Below, in pieces: positions 1 through 9,481 of a stretch of DNA of 64,000 nt. The stretch comes from an uncultured Campylobacter sp. (GTDB taxonomy: Bacteria > Campylobacterota > Campylobacteria > Campylobacterales > Campylobacteraceae). The notes beneath the pieces are model-generated. The model saw only the letters and a list, made by a program, of their open reading frames with translations, had not been told where the DNA came from and ran no database searches. The stretch covers positions 3,532-67,531 of the forward strand of contig NZ_CALIIS010000038.1 of the NCBI RefSeq assembly GCF_938017705.1. Direction: 5' to 3'. The position numbers and the translations under genes were made by a program. Every line of letters begins with the position of its first letter. The stretch's first letter is position 1.

Positions 1-822
1 AGCGGATTTAAGCTTATCACTCACGCCGCAGGATAAGGCATCAAATTCAGATCCGCTACCAACATCGCCAGTAGGAGCGCCGGAATTAAATTTAACCTGC
101 GCGCCGCCAGATAGAATGCTGCGCCATAATCCCCTACTCACATTACCAGACAAGGTATTAAATCCAAATTTATCGCCTACTCCTTTTAGAGCTAGTGTAT
201 CGCGCAGATCCGATATGCTACTTGGCAAACTCACAGCATCGCCCGCAAATTTTGATCCGCAAATTTCATCAAAGCCTAGAGCATAGCAACTCTCTATCTC
301 TCCATTGCAAGCAGCACTTTGCAAATCACCTCGCAAGCCCTCCCTCAAATCTCCTTGCACGAGCGCTAGATAGCTTTTCATCACTCTACGCTGTTCGAAG
401 CACTCTTTGAGCTCGCGCGCCGCGTCTTTATCTTTAGCGACGATCAAAACGCCGCTGGTTTCGAGATCGAGCCTGTGCGCCACGCACGCGTCCTGCCCGT
501 ATAGCGACCAGATCTCGTCATACATATTATAAGGCGAGTTGCGCCCGCTCGGATGGCTAAGAATTCCGCTTGGTTTGTCAAATGCCGCAAACGCATCGCA
601 CTCAAAGATCGGCTTCAGTCCGCGCGGCTTGCATTTGTAATCGATCAAAAAAATTTCTCCGTGCGCGACAGAGTTTTTATGTAAATTTTGATCCTCCGCA
701 TCGGTTACGCGATGCTTGTCACAGATGCGCTGCGCGGATTTCATATCGTATCCGAGGCTAAGCAGAATTTCGTAAATTTTGCGTCCCTCAAAGCTTCCCA
801 AGCTTCTTTTCTCATAACCCAT
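1..822 (-). CDS. RluA-family pseudouridine synthase, 3' end runs off the window
   Basis: Absent from the ORF track because it is incomplete. My hand translation from the minus-strand ATG at 820-822 (MGYEKRSLGSFEGRKIYEILLSLGYDMKSAQRICDKHRV...) stays open to position 1. It contains the RluA-type catalytic motif HRLDLETSGVLIVAKD (about 427-477) and KSYLALVQG. Confidence 0.7.
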   Translation of the reverse strand, partial: MGYEKRSLGSFEGRKIYEILLSLGYDMKSAQRICDKHRVTDAEDQNLHKNSVAHGEIFLIDYKCKPRGLKPIFECDAFAAFDKPSGILSHPSGRNSPYNMYDEIWSLYGQDACVAHRLDLETSGVLIVAKDKDAARELKECFEQRRVMKSYLALVQGDLREGLRGDLQSAACNGEIESCYALGFDEICGSKFAGDAVSLPSSISDLRDTLALKGVGDKFGFNTLSGNVSRGLWRSILSGGAQVKFNSGAPTGDVGSGSEFDALSCGVSDKLKSA

Positions 823-897
823 ATTAAACTTTCAGCCCCATTTTTATATAATTATTGCCATCATTATACAAGAAATTCTAACCGAAAGGCTACTAAA

Positions 898-2229
898 ATG
901 GTCGAAAGATACGCAAGAAAAGAGATGTCTGAAAAATGGAGCTTGCAAGCCAAATACGACGCGTGGCTAAAAGTCGAGCTCGCAGCAGTTAAGGCGTGGA
1001 ATAAACTAGGTCTAATAAGCGACTGCGATAAAGATAAAATTCTACAAAACGCAAGCTTTAGGATCGAGCGGATAGATGAGATCGAAAAGACCACCAAGCA
1101 CGACGTGATTGCATTTCTAACGAGCGTGAGTGAGAGCCTTGGGCAGGAGAGCCGCTTCGTGCATTACGGCATGACTAGCAGCGATTGCATCGATACCGCC
1201 GTCGCGCTACAAATCAAAGAAAGCATGGAGCTTATCATTGAGGATGTGCAAAATTTAAAAGCCGCGATAAAATCTCAAGCCATGAAGCATAAAATGACAC
1301 TGATGGTCGGGCGCAGCCACGGTATCCACGGCGAGCCGATCACTTTCGGACTCGTGCTTGCGGTCTGGTATGATGAGATAAATCGCGCGCTAGAGCTTTT
1401 GCAACACGCAAAAAGCGTTATCAGCTACGGCAAAATAAGCGGTGCGATGGGGAATTTCGCCCACGCTCCACTAGAGCTGGAAGAGCTAGTGTGCGAATAT
1501 CTGGGGCTAAAGCCCGCTCCCGCATCCAATCAAGTCATCCAGCGCGATCGCTACGCGCAGGTAATGAGCGCACTTGCGATCCTGGCTTCCAGCTGCGAAA
1601 AGATCGCTATCGCAATCCGCCACTATCAACGCACCGAGGTTTATGAGGCAGAGGAATTTTTTAGCCCAGGTCAAAAGGGCAGCTCCGCGATGCCGCACAA
1701 ACGAAATCCTGTGCTTAGCGAAAACGTAACTGGACTATGTCGTATGATTCGTAGCTTCGCAATACCCGCGATGGAGGACGTAGCGCTATGGCACGAACGC
1801 GACATCAGCCATAGCTCGGTCGAGCGATTTATCCTCCCCGACGGCTTTATAACTGCTGATTTTATGTTAAATCGCTTGACAAGCTTGATCGAAAAACTGC
1901 TCGTATATCCTGAAAATATGATGAGAAATCTAAATTTAACCGGTGGGCTCGTGTTTTCGCAGCGCGTGCTGCTAGAGCTGCCTAAACGAGGAGTTAGCAG
2001 AGAGGATGCCTATAAAATCGTGCAGCGTAATGCGATGAAGGTCTGGGCGGATCTGCAAGAGGGCAAAAAAGCTATAGATGAGCAAGGGCTTAGCTTGTTT
2101 TTACAAAATCTGCTCGCAGATACAAAGCTACGAGAAAAACTAAGCGAAAGCGAGATTAAAGAGTGCTTCGACTACGGATATTACACCAAAAACGTAGACG
2201 CGATTTTCGATAGGGTTTTTGGCAAATAG
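898..2229 (+). CDS. purB: adenylosuccinate lyase
   Basis: The ORF 688..2229 carries a spurious N-terminal extension. The ATG at 898 (MVERYARKEMSEKWSLQAKYDAWLKVE...) gives the typical PurB N-terminus. The fumarate-lyase signature SSAMPHKRNP is present. Confidence 0.95.
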   Translation: MVERYARKEMSEKWSLQAKYDAWLKVELAAVKAWNKLGLISDCDKDKILQNASFRIERIDEIEKTTKHDVIAFLTSVSESLGQESRFVHYGMTSSDCIDTAVALQIKESMELIIEDVQNLKAAIKSQAMKHKMTLMVGRSHGIHGEPITFGLVLAVWYDEINRALELLQHAKSVISYGKISGAMGNFAHAPLELEELVCEYLGLKPAPASNQVIQRDRYAQVMSALAILASSCEKIAIAIRHYQRTEVYEAEEFFSPGQKGSSAMPHKRNPVLSENVTGLCRMIRSFAIPAMEDVALWHERDISHSSVERFILPDGFITADFMLNRLTSLIEKLLVYPENMMRNLNLTGGLVFSQRVLLELPKRGVSREDAYKIVQRNAMKVWADLQEGKKAIDEQGLSLFLQNLLADTKLREKLSESEIKECFDYGYYTKNVDAIFDRVFGK

Positions 2230-3097
2230 CAAGTACGGTAGCCTTGATATTTTAAAGCTCCGAGCAAGCCTATAAAATATAGCGAAGCGGCTAGAAATTT
2301 ATGTTTGCGCCGAAGTACTTTAAAAAGAGCGATTGAAATTTTAAAATTTTTACAAAGATAAAATTTTAGTAAAAGCGTAGCGCTTGCGGATAAATCTGGC
2401 ATCTAAATCCGCACGACAGGCATCTACCGCTTTTACCGCGAATTTATAAAGGTAAAATTCTGTGCTTTCGACCAACCTTAAAATCGTAAAATTTAATGCT
2501 TTAAAACGGTAAAATTCTAAAATTCTTAGACGCAGTAGTTTTAGAATTCTACCGCAAAATTTAGCGCTAATCTCAAAAAAGTTATAAATGCGAGATTTCC
2601 ATAAAGCAAACAGGCGAATCCATCTCTAGATCGGCCAGCATTAAGACGCAATCCTTTTACGTGCTCGCTTAGAATTTTGCCTATGGCAACCAACCAAATT
2701 TTAATGATTTTATGGCATTTCTGCGTCGGACTCAAGCTAGGAGTCGTGAGATATACGAAGCAATTATGAAACAAATTTAAAATGGCAAATGGAGACATTG
2801 ATAAAATTCCGCTTTTTCAACTTGAAATTATAACGATTCTTAGAAAAAAGCGGATTGAGTAAAATTTCATAAATTCCATCAATTTAAGCGCTTAACAGAT
2901 AACACTAAAAATAGGAAATTAAGCTTGCGTAATAATATTTTTAAAAATTTTAAATTTTATACGCGTAAGCGGGTAAAATTTGATGTCTAGTACCGGCAGC
3001 ACCCTTGATTATCATATAATTACGTCTGAATTGCTAGCAAATTTCGGATTAAACAATCCTGCGATTTGACGTCTAATAATTATTTGGAATTTAAAAC

Positions 3098-3127
3098 GGA
3101 TGGGGCGGGAGTTCGTTCGCCCCATCC
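3098..3127 (-). terminator. stem-loop downstream of the OMP gene
   Basis: GGATGGGGCG (3098-3107) pairs with CGCCCCATCC (3118-3127) around a 10-nt loop, just past the stop at 3149. The U-tract on the minus strand is only moderate. Confidence 0.45.
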
Positions 3128-3148
3128 TGCGCTAGTACGTTAGAATTT

Positions 3149-3784
3149 TTAAAATTTAAAGTTATACCCTAGATAGAGCCCATGGTTGGTCTCATATACC
3201 TTGTCTACCCCTTCTCCAAGCTTACTAGCCTTGTATCTAGTGTAGTCCGCCTTGTAGCCAAACTCGATCTCGTTATGCTCGTCAAAGCTATATAGCCCGC
3301 CCAGTCTTGCGCCGATTACCCAGCCAGGCAGAGTCTTTGAGAGCGAATCGCTGCTTCCGTCAGATTCGTCATATGAATAAATTTTATATTTCAAAAATGA
3401 AACTCCTGTATATGCGCCCGCTACGAGTTTAAAGCCGTTTGTAATCTCAGGCGTAAAATCCCCGCCTACGAGCAAGCTATGCTTATTCCACTCGTGTTTA
3501 AATATGATGTCCTCCTCGTCAGTGCCAGTTTTCGAAGCTTTGAAATCATACAAGTACTCGCCGTACGCCCTAGCTATACCAAAATCATAGCCGCCTTTAA
3601 AGCCGAGAGCAGCCTGCCCCTTATTATCTTTATTCGTGCCAGAATCTTCCTCATCAGACCATTTAGTAGTGATGCTGGATTTAAAAGAATAATCTCCCTC
3701 GATACCTAAAAATATCCCCTCGCCGAAGCTTGAGCTCGCGCACACCGCAGCGGTAAACGCCGCGATTAAAATTTTATTTTTCAC
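3149..3784 (-). CDS. outer-membrane beta-barrel protein (OmpA-like/opacity-type small barrel)
   Basis: Signal peptide MKNKILIAAFTAAVCASSSFG, alternating aromatic/Gly-rich beta-strand pattern, and C-terminal ...YLGYNFKF ending in Phe. Confidence 0.75.
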   Translation of the reverse strand: MKNKILIAAFTAAVCASSSFGEGIFLGIEGDYSFKSSITTKWSDEEDSGTNKDNKGQAALGFKGGYDFGIARAYGEYLYDFKASKTGTDEEDIIFKHEWNKHSLLVGGDFTPEITNGFKLVAGAYTGVSFLKYKIYSYDESDGSSDSLSKTLPGWVIGARLGGLYSFDEHNEIEFGYKADYTRYKASKLGEGVDKVYETNHGLYLGYNFKF

Positions 3785-4268
3785 ATTTTCTCCTTACAAT
3801 TTATAATTTCGGGCTTCCGCCGCCGCCGCTTTGCCATTTTACCGCTTGCTATCTTTAAGCGCCTTCCGCCAAGCTCGCTCATAAGCGCGTTTAAAATTTG
3901 TTGATTATAATATCCTTTTTTTGAAATTTTGATGAATTTCGCGACAAGACTTGGAATTTTATCTCACTCGCCTTGGATAAAATTCTATCTCGATTGCCAG
4001 CACGGAATTCGACGAAATTCTACGTCGCCGCCCCGTGAGCAGTTAGCAAATTTAAATGCCGGGTGTCATTAAAAAATAATCTGTGATGAAATTTAAAGCG
4101 CTTATTTAGTTGTTCGTTTTTATGTATAATTTAAAATTTACACACGAGATAAGTGCCGTGTTACCGATAGTAACTGCACTTTTAAAAATTTAAGACGATT
4201 TGATTTGGAATTTATAAAATTCCCGCCTCATTTTTGTATCATAAGCCAAATCCAAAAAAGGAGTATCT

Positions 4269-5741
4269 ATGGAAGAACACAAAGTGGAATTACGCAACTC
4301 CCGCTTACAAGGACCACTGGACTCAGACGTAGACGAGCTGGGTTTAGACAGGCTCACCGACACCGTGCCGTTTCCTAAGCGCGGCGTCATCATTATGGCG
4401 ATTGCCGCTGCTGTGGGCTTTGCGCTATATGCCGCGTTACCGTTTGAGCCCAATGTCAAAAAAGGCCTTGCACTGCTTGCTTTCATCGCGATTATGTGGC
4501 TTACAGAGGCCGTGCATATCACGGTAACCGCGCTTATGGTGCCGGTGCTTGCGGTAGCTATCGGACTTGGCAAATTCGCTAAAGATGGCACTTTCACAGC
4601 TGCCACCATCAAAAGTACGCTTGCAAATTTTGCAAACCCTACGATCTTTACCTTTTTCGGCGGTTTTGCTCTGGCAACGGCTCTGCATATGCAAAAGCTC
4701 GATAAAAAGATCGCGATGTGGCTAATCGCCCGCGCAGGCGGTCGCTTGGGTGTAGCTGCGATTTTAATCTGCCTTGCTACGGCGATCCTTTCGATGTGGG
4801 TTTCAAACACCGCAACTGCTGCGATGATGCTTCCGATCGCGCTTGGAATTTGCGCCAACATGGACGAGAGCAAAGATCGCGGCACGCTCGTGTTTTTGCT
4901 TTTAGGCATCGCGTATTCTGCAAGCATCGGAGGTTTGGGCACGCTCGTGGGATCTCCGCCAAATTTAATCGTGGCTCAAGCCTTGCACTACAGCTTCGCG
5001 GACTGGATGAAGGTAGGTTTGCCGCTAATGTGCGTGATGCTACCGATAATGCTTGTGGTGCTTTATATAATTTTCAAGCCGAATTTAAGTCATAAAATAG
5101 AGATGGATCTGGAGCATATCCCTTGGACGCGCGAGCGCATTATTACTATCGTCGTATTTGCTCTAACAGCGCTTGGCTGGATATTTTCAAAGCAAATTTC
5201 AGCCCTTGTGGGCTTTAAAGTGGATGATGCTTACGTCGCTATCTGCTCGGCAGTCGTAATCGTCGTGCTAGGGCTTGCCAAATGGCACGACATCGCCGAA
5301 AACACCGAGTGGGGCGTGCTGTTGCTTTTCGGCGGCGGACTTACGCTAAGTGCGGTTTTAGGCGATTCCGGAGCTTCTAAGGTGCTTGGCGATCTAGTCG
5401 CGCATACTTTCGGCGGAGCGCCTACTTACATCGTACTTTTAGTAACCGCAGTTTTTATCATCTGCCTTACGGAATTTACGAGCAATACCGCCTCGGCGGC
5501 GCTTTTAGTACCAGTATTTGCGGGAGTAGCAGCGCAAATGGGGCTGCCAAAAGAAACTCTTACTATAGTAATCGGTGTGGGCGCAAGCTGCGCTTTCATA
5601 ATGCCGGTAGCGACGCCGCCGAATGCTTTGGTTTTCGGCACGGGACGCATTCGCCAGGCGGAAATGGTACGAAGTGGCGGAATTCTAGCGATATTCTCCG
5701 CGTTTTTGGTTTCGGGATACGCGTATATTTTTTACTCGTAA
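4269..5741 (+). CDS. DASS/SLC13-family sodium-coupled anion (di/tricarboxylate or sulfate) symporter
   Basis: 490 aa and polytopic. Duplicated SNT motifs (VSNTATAAMMLPI and TSNTASAALLVPV) are typical of the divalent anion:Na+ symporter family. SD AAAGGAG lies upstream of the ATG. Confidence 0.85.
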   Translation: MEEHKVELRNSRLQGPLDSDVDELGLDRLTDTVPFPKRGVIIMAIAAAVGFALYAALPFEPNVKKGLALLAFIAIMWLTEAVHITVTALMVPVLAVAIGLGKFAKDGTFTAATIKSTLANFANPTIFTFFGGFALATALHMQKLDKKIAMWLIARAGGRLGVAAILICLATAILSMWVSNTATAAMMLPIALGICANMDESKDRGTLVFLLLGIAYSASIGGLGTLVGSPPNLIVAQALHYSFADWMKVGLPLMCVMLPIMLVVLYIIFKPNLSHKIEMDLEHIPWTRERIITIVVFALTALGWIFSKQISALVGFKVDDAYVAICSAVVIVVLGLAKWHDIAENTEWGVLLLFGGGLTLSAVLGDSGASKVLGDLVAHTFGGAPTYIVLLVTAVFIICLTEFTSNTASAALLVPVFAGVAAQMGLPKETLTIVIGVGASCAFIMPVATPPNALVFGTGRIRQAEMVRSGGILAIFSAFLVSGYAYIFYS

Positions 5742-5759
5742 AATTCCGTCAAAATTCTA

Positions 5760-5783
5760 TAGTCCGGGTATCTGCTCGGACTA
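5760..5783 (+). terminator. weak stem-loop after the DASS transporter gene
   Basis: TAGTCCG (5760-5766) pairs with CGGACTA (5777-5783), followed by an A/T-rich tail. Confidence 0.3.
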
Positions 5784-5907
5784 AATATATTTATAAGATA
5801 TATTTTTAAACTCCTAAATTTTCGGAATTTTTATAAAAAGATTCTAATTTAATACTATTTTAATCAGTTATTTGTATAATACGCATATTTTATGGAAAGA
5901 AGAATTT

Positions 5908-6561
5908 ATGGATTTTGATTTTATAGCTAAATTTAGCCCTATGTTCGTAAAGGCGGGAATTTTAACGCTAAAGCTCGCATTTTACGGGATTTTACTATCC
6001 ATCATCATCGGCTTTATCTGCACGCTAATAAAATATAAAAGAGTACCTCTGCTAAGTCCGCTTGTAAACGCATATATCGAGCTATCTCGCAATACCCCGC
6101 TTTTAATTCAGCTATTTTTTCTATACTACGGCCTGCCGAAGCTAGGCGTTCAAATTTCGGGCTTTACCTGCGCGATCGTAGGTCTTGCATTTTTAGGCGG
6201 AAGCTATATGAGCGAGAGCTTTAGGCTCGGTTTTGAGGCGATAAAAAAATCCCAGATTGAAAGCGCGATGAGCCTGGGGCTAAGCGAAGCACAGATAGTG
6301 TTTTACGTCGTGCTGCCGCGCGCTTTTGCGATCGCCCTGCCCTCCATCAGCGCAAACATAATCTTTCTGCTTAAAGAAACTTCGATCGTTAGCATCGTAG
6401 CACTCGCCGATCTCGTTTATGCCGCAAAGGATGTGATCGGGCTGTATTACAAGACGAACGAGGCGCTGTTTATGTTAAGCGTTTCGTATCTGATCATAAT
6501 CCTGCCGCTTTCACTAGCGCTTACGCTGCTTGAAAAGCGCCTTGCGTATATGAGAGGCTAG
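5908..6561 (+). CDS. amino-acid ABC transporter permease (HisM/GlnP type)
   Basis: Start moved to the ATG at 5908 (MDFDFIAKFSPMF...) within ORF 5872..6561. The polar amino-acid permease motif region ...YIELSRNTPLLIQLFFLYYGLP is present. Confidence 0.85.
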   Translation: MDFDFIAKFSPMFVKAGILTLKLAFYGILLSIIIGFICTLIKYKRVPLLSPLVNAYIELSRNTPLLIQLFFLYYGLPKLGVQISGFTCAIVGLAFLGGSYMSESFRLGFEAIKKSQIESAMSLGLSEAQIVFYVVLPRAFAIALPSISANIIFLLKETSIVSIVALADLVYAAKDVIGLYYKTNEALFMLSVSYLIIILPLSLALTLLEKRLAYMRG

Positions 6562-6563
6562 CG

Positions 6564-7220
6564 ATGGAACTCTTAAGCGGCGAAAATTTAATCAGGCTTC
6601 TTGGCGGGCTTGGGGTCACGCTGCAAATCGCGCTCATCTCGATCGCGGTTTCGCTCGCTCTAGGCTTAGTGCTTGGAATTTTAATGGCCTCCGGGCGCAG
6701 AGCCTTATACATCCCGCTTAAAATTTGCCTGGAGATTGTGCGCATAATGCCGCCTATCGTTTGGCTATTTATCGTATATTTCGGCGCGAGTAAGGCATTT
6801 GGCATCCACATCTCAAATATCGCGGCTTCGATCATCGTCTTTAGCATCTGGGGCGTTTTTGAGATGATGGATCTGGTGCGCGGCGCCGTGCTTAGCATAC
6901 CCAAGCATCAGTTCGAAAGCGCCGAAGCGCTCGCATTTAGCAGATCTCAAATTTATCTCTATGTCATCCTGCCGCTTGCGATGAGGCGCCTAGTGCCCGC
7001 GACGATAAATTTATTCAGCAGGATGATAAAAACAACCTCGATCGCCGTGCTAATCGGCGTTATCGAGCTCGTCAAGGTCGGACAGCAGATCATCGAGGTG
7101 AACGTCTTTCGCGATAATTATGCGCCGTTAATCATCTATGGAGCGATATTCTTCGTATATTTTTTGATCTGCTATCCGATCTCGGCGCTTTCGAAAAAAT
7201 TAGAAAACAGGTGGAGCTGA
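6564..7220 (+). CDS. amino-acid ABC transporter permease (second subunit)
   Basis: 218 aa and polytopic; paralogous in layout to the preceding permease and tightly packed with its neighbours. Confidence 0.85.
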   Translation: MELLSGENLIRLLGGLGVTLQIALISIAVSLALGLVLGILMASGRRALYIPLKICLEIVRIMPPIVWLFIVYFGASKAFGIHISNIAASIIVFSIWGVFEMMDLVRGAVLSIPKHQFESAEALAFSRSQIYLYVILPLAMRRLVPATINLFSRMIKTTSIAVLIGVIELVKVGQQIIEVNVFRDNYAPLIIYGAIFFVYFLICYPISALSKKLENRWS

Positions 7221-7957
7221 TGGAAATTTTAAAAATCGATAAAGTCAATAAATTTTATGGCGAGCTGCACGCACTAAAGGACGTCAGTCTTAGTGTCGCG
7301 CAGGGCGAGGTCGTGGTGATCCTGGGTCCTAGCGGCTGTGGCAAAAGCACCCTGCTTCGCACGATCAACGGGTTAGAGCCGGTACAAAGCGGAAATTTTA
7401 TAATCGAAGGCGAGCGGATCGATCAAAATTTCACAGACTGGCGCAGGATCAGACAAAAGATCGGCATGGTCTTTCAAAGCTACGAGCTCTTCGATCACTT
7501 AAATGTATTAAATAACATCATCCTAGGTCCCGTGAAAGTTCAAGGCGTATCGCGCGAGCAAGCTGTAGAGCTAGCCAGGCATTGGCTCAAAGTCGTAGGA
7601 CTAGAAAATAAAGAGCGGGCCTACCCCAAAGAGCTTAGCGGCGGGCAGAAGCAGCGCATCGCGATCGTACGAAGCCTTGTGATGAAGCCCAAGATCATGC
7701 TTTTTGACGAGGTTACCGCGGCGCTTGATCCCGAGATCGTGCGCGAGGTGCTAGACGTAATGCTAAATCTCGCCAAAGAGGGGCAGACGATGCTAATCGT
7801 AACGCATGAGATGGGCTTTGCGCGCGCCGTAGCCGATCGCATAGTTTTTATGGATGAGGGAAGCATCGTGGAGATTAACGAACCGGAGGCGTTCTTTACT
7901 GCTCCGAAGAGCGAGCGCGCGAAGAAATTCTTAAATATGTTCGAATTTAAAAAATAA
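7220..7957 (+). CDS. amino-acid ABC transporter ATP-binding protein
   Basis: Walker A GPSGCGKST, ABC signature LSGGQKQR and Walker B MLFDE. The ATG at 7220 is preceded by AGGTGGAG; the alternative start is 7211. Confidence 0.9.
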   Translation: MEILKIDKVNKFYGELHALKDVSLSVAQGEVVVILGPSGCGKSTLLRTINGLEPVQSGNFIIEGERIDQNFTDWRRIRQKIGMVFQSYELFDHLNVLNNIILGPVKVQGVSREQAVELARHWLKVVGLENKERAYPKELSGGQKQRIAIVRSLVMKPKIMLFDEVTAALDPEIVREVLDVMLNLAKEGQTMLIVTHEMGFARAVADRIVFMDEGSIVEINEPEAFFTAPKSERAKKFLNMFEFKK

Positions 7958-7977
7958 ATTTTAATAAAGGAGAAAAG

Positions 7978-8838
7978 ATGAAAAAAACACTAAGCACGCT
8001 TTTTATCTTAGGTGCGTTATTTTTCGCAGGTTGCAACGACGAGGGCAAAGGCTCCTCAAATTCCGCGCAAGGTTCCGCCGCGCCGCAAAGCTATATAGAC
8101 GGAGTTAAAAAGCGCGGCGTAGTAAGGATCGCGGTTTTCGGCGACAAGCCGCCGTTTGGTTATATCGACGAGACGGGTAAAAACGCAGGATATGACGTGT
8201 ATTTTGCAAAACGTATCGCAAAGGAGCTTTTAGGCGATGAGAGCAAGGTTCAGTTCGTGCTCGTAGAGGCCGCCAATCGCGCGGAATTTTTGGCGTCGGA
8301 TAAGGTCGATATCACGCTTGCAAATTTTACCGTCACACCGGAGCGCAAAGAGGTCGTGGATTTCGCGCTGCCGTATATGAAGGTAGCCCTCGGCGTCGCA
8401 AGCAAGGACGGCGATATCACCGACGTTTCGCAGCTTAAGGACAAAACGCTTTTAATCAACAAAGGCACGACCGCGGATCTGTATTTTACGAAAAACCATC
8501 CCGAGATCAAGCTTTTAAAATTTGACCAAAATACCGAGACTTTTGGTGCGATGCTGGATGGCAGGGGCGACGCAATCGCGCATGATAATACGCTTTTGTT
8601 TGCGTGGACGAAGTCAAACCCTGGCTTTAAGGTAGGTATCCGCTCGCTCGGCGATCAGGACGTCATCGCACCTGCGGTCAAAAAGGGCAACGACGAGCTT
8701 CGCAAATGGCTTGACGATCTAATCGTAAAGCTCGCGGACGAGAAATTTTTCCACGCCGACTACGATGCGACGCTAGCGCCGGTATACGGCGACGACATCA
8801 AAGCTGACGACGTCGTAATCGAGGGCGGGAAGCTATAA
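7978..8838 (+). CDS. amino-acid ABC transporter substrate-binding lipoprotein
   Basis: Lipobox LFFAGC. SBP family-3 features are present (VVRIAVFGDKPPFGY..., DITLANFTVTPERKEVVDF). SD AAAGGAGAA upstream. Confidence 0.85.
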   Translation: MKKTLSTLFILGALFFAGCNDEGKGSSNSAQGSAAPQSYIDGVKKRGVVRIAVFGDKPPFGYIDETGKNAGYDVYFAKRIAKELLGDESKVQFVLVEAANRAEFLASDKVDITLANFTVTPERKEVVDFALPYMKVALGVASKDGDITDVSQLKDKTLLINKGTTADLYFTKNHPEIKLLKFDQNTETFGAMLDGRGDAIAHDNTLLFAWTKSNPGFKVGIRSLGDQDVIAPAVKKGNDELRKWLDDLIVKLADEKFFHADYDATLAPVYGDDIKADDVVIEGGKL

Positions 8839-8861
8839 ATTTAGATTTGCCGTCTAGTTTA

Positions 8862-8881
8862 GCAGGGCAATTGAGCCCTGC
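8862..8881 (+). terminator. stem-loop after the ABC operon
   Basis: GCAGGGC (8862-8868) pairs with GCCCTGC (8875-8881) around a 6-nt loop, 24 nt after the stop. The T-tract is poor. Confidence 0.35.
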
Positions 8882-9481
8882 GACTTTGCAGCGACTAGCC
8901 GCCGTATCTTCACTGAACGGCGGCTGTAAACGCCCATAGGCGACGAGCGCTTTTATAAGATAACTAAATTTATCGATCTTACGGTAGAGTTTTGCTTCCG
9001 CACGGCAAATTTGCCGCCGAGTAAATTTTAGCTGAACCGAAACGCAGCCTAGCGCGGATCGTCGCGGCAAAATTTAAGTCGCGCGCGGCGGCGTAAAATT
9101 TCAAGCGATAGTAGAATTCTAATGCAAACTGCTCGCGCGATAAAAATTTATGCCGCACAAGCAGTAATAAATCGCAAGTGCTCGATTGTTAAACGGAGCG
9201 AGGATTTATAAAATTTATCGGCTCAAAGTAGCTTGCAAAGTCTTATACGAACACTGCCGCGCGTGCGCTCCATCTTTCGATCGGCTCGCGCGAAGGAGCG
9301 ATCACATGTCCGCCCAAGCGCATAAGCCGCGCAACGCATCCATTTCCATGTTCAGTTACACGGCATATCTGTGCCGCTGCCACCAAAGCCTGCAATCCCG
9401 CGCGCTATGTCTTATCTGTGCGCCGTCGCGGCTGTATGTAGCTTGCCGCCCCTGCCATACTCTACTGCGCCGCCGCTCACC

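Noticed and set aside
688-897. N-terminal extension of purB in ORF 688..2229
   Set aside because: The extension overlaps the start of the divergent RluA-like gene and has no PurB similarity. The ATG at 898 gives the canonical PurB N-terminus.
2541-2798. 85-aa minus-strand ORF in the purB-OMP gap (also 2181..2402)
   Set aside because: It has no SD and no recognisable family. It lies in repeat-rich, RAATTY-dense spacer DNA and is most likely chance or a decayed remnant.
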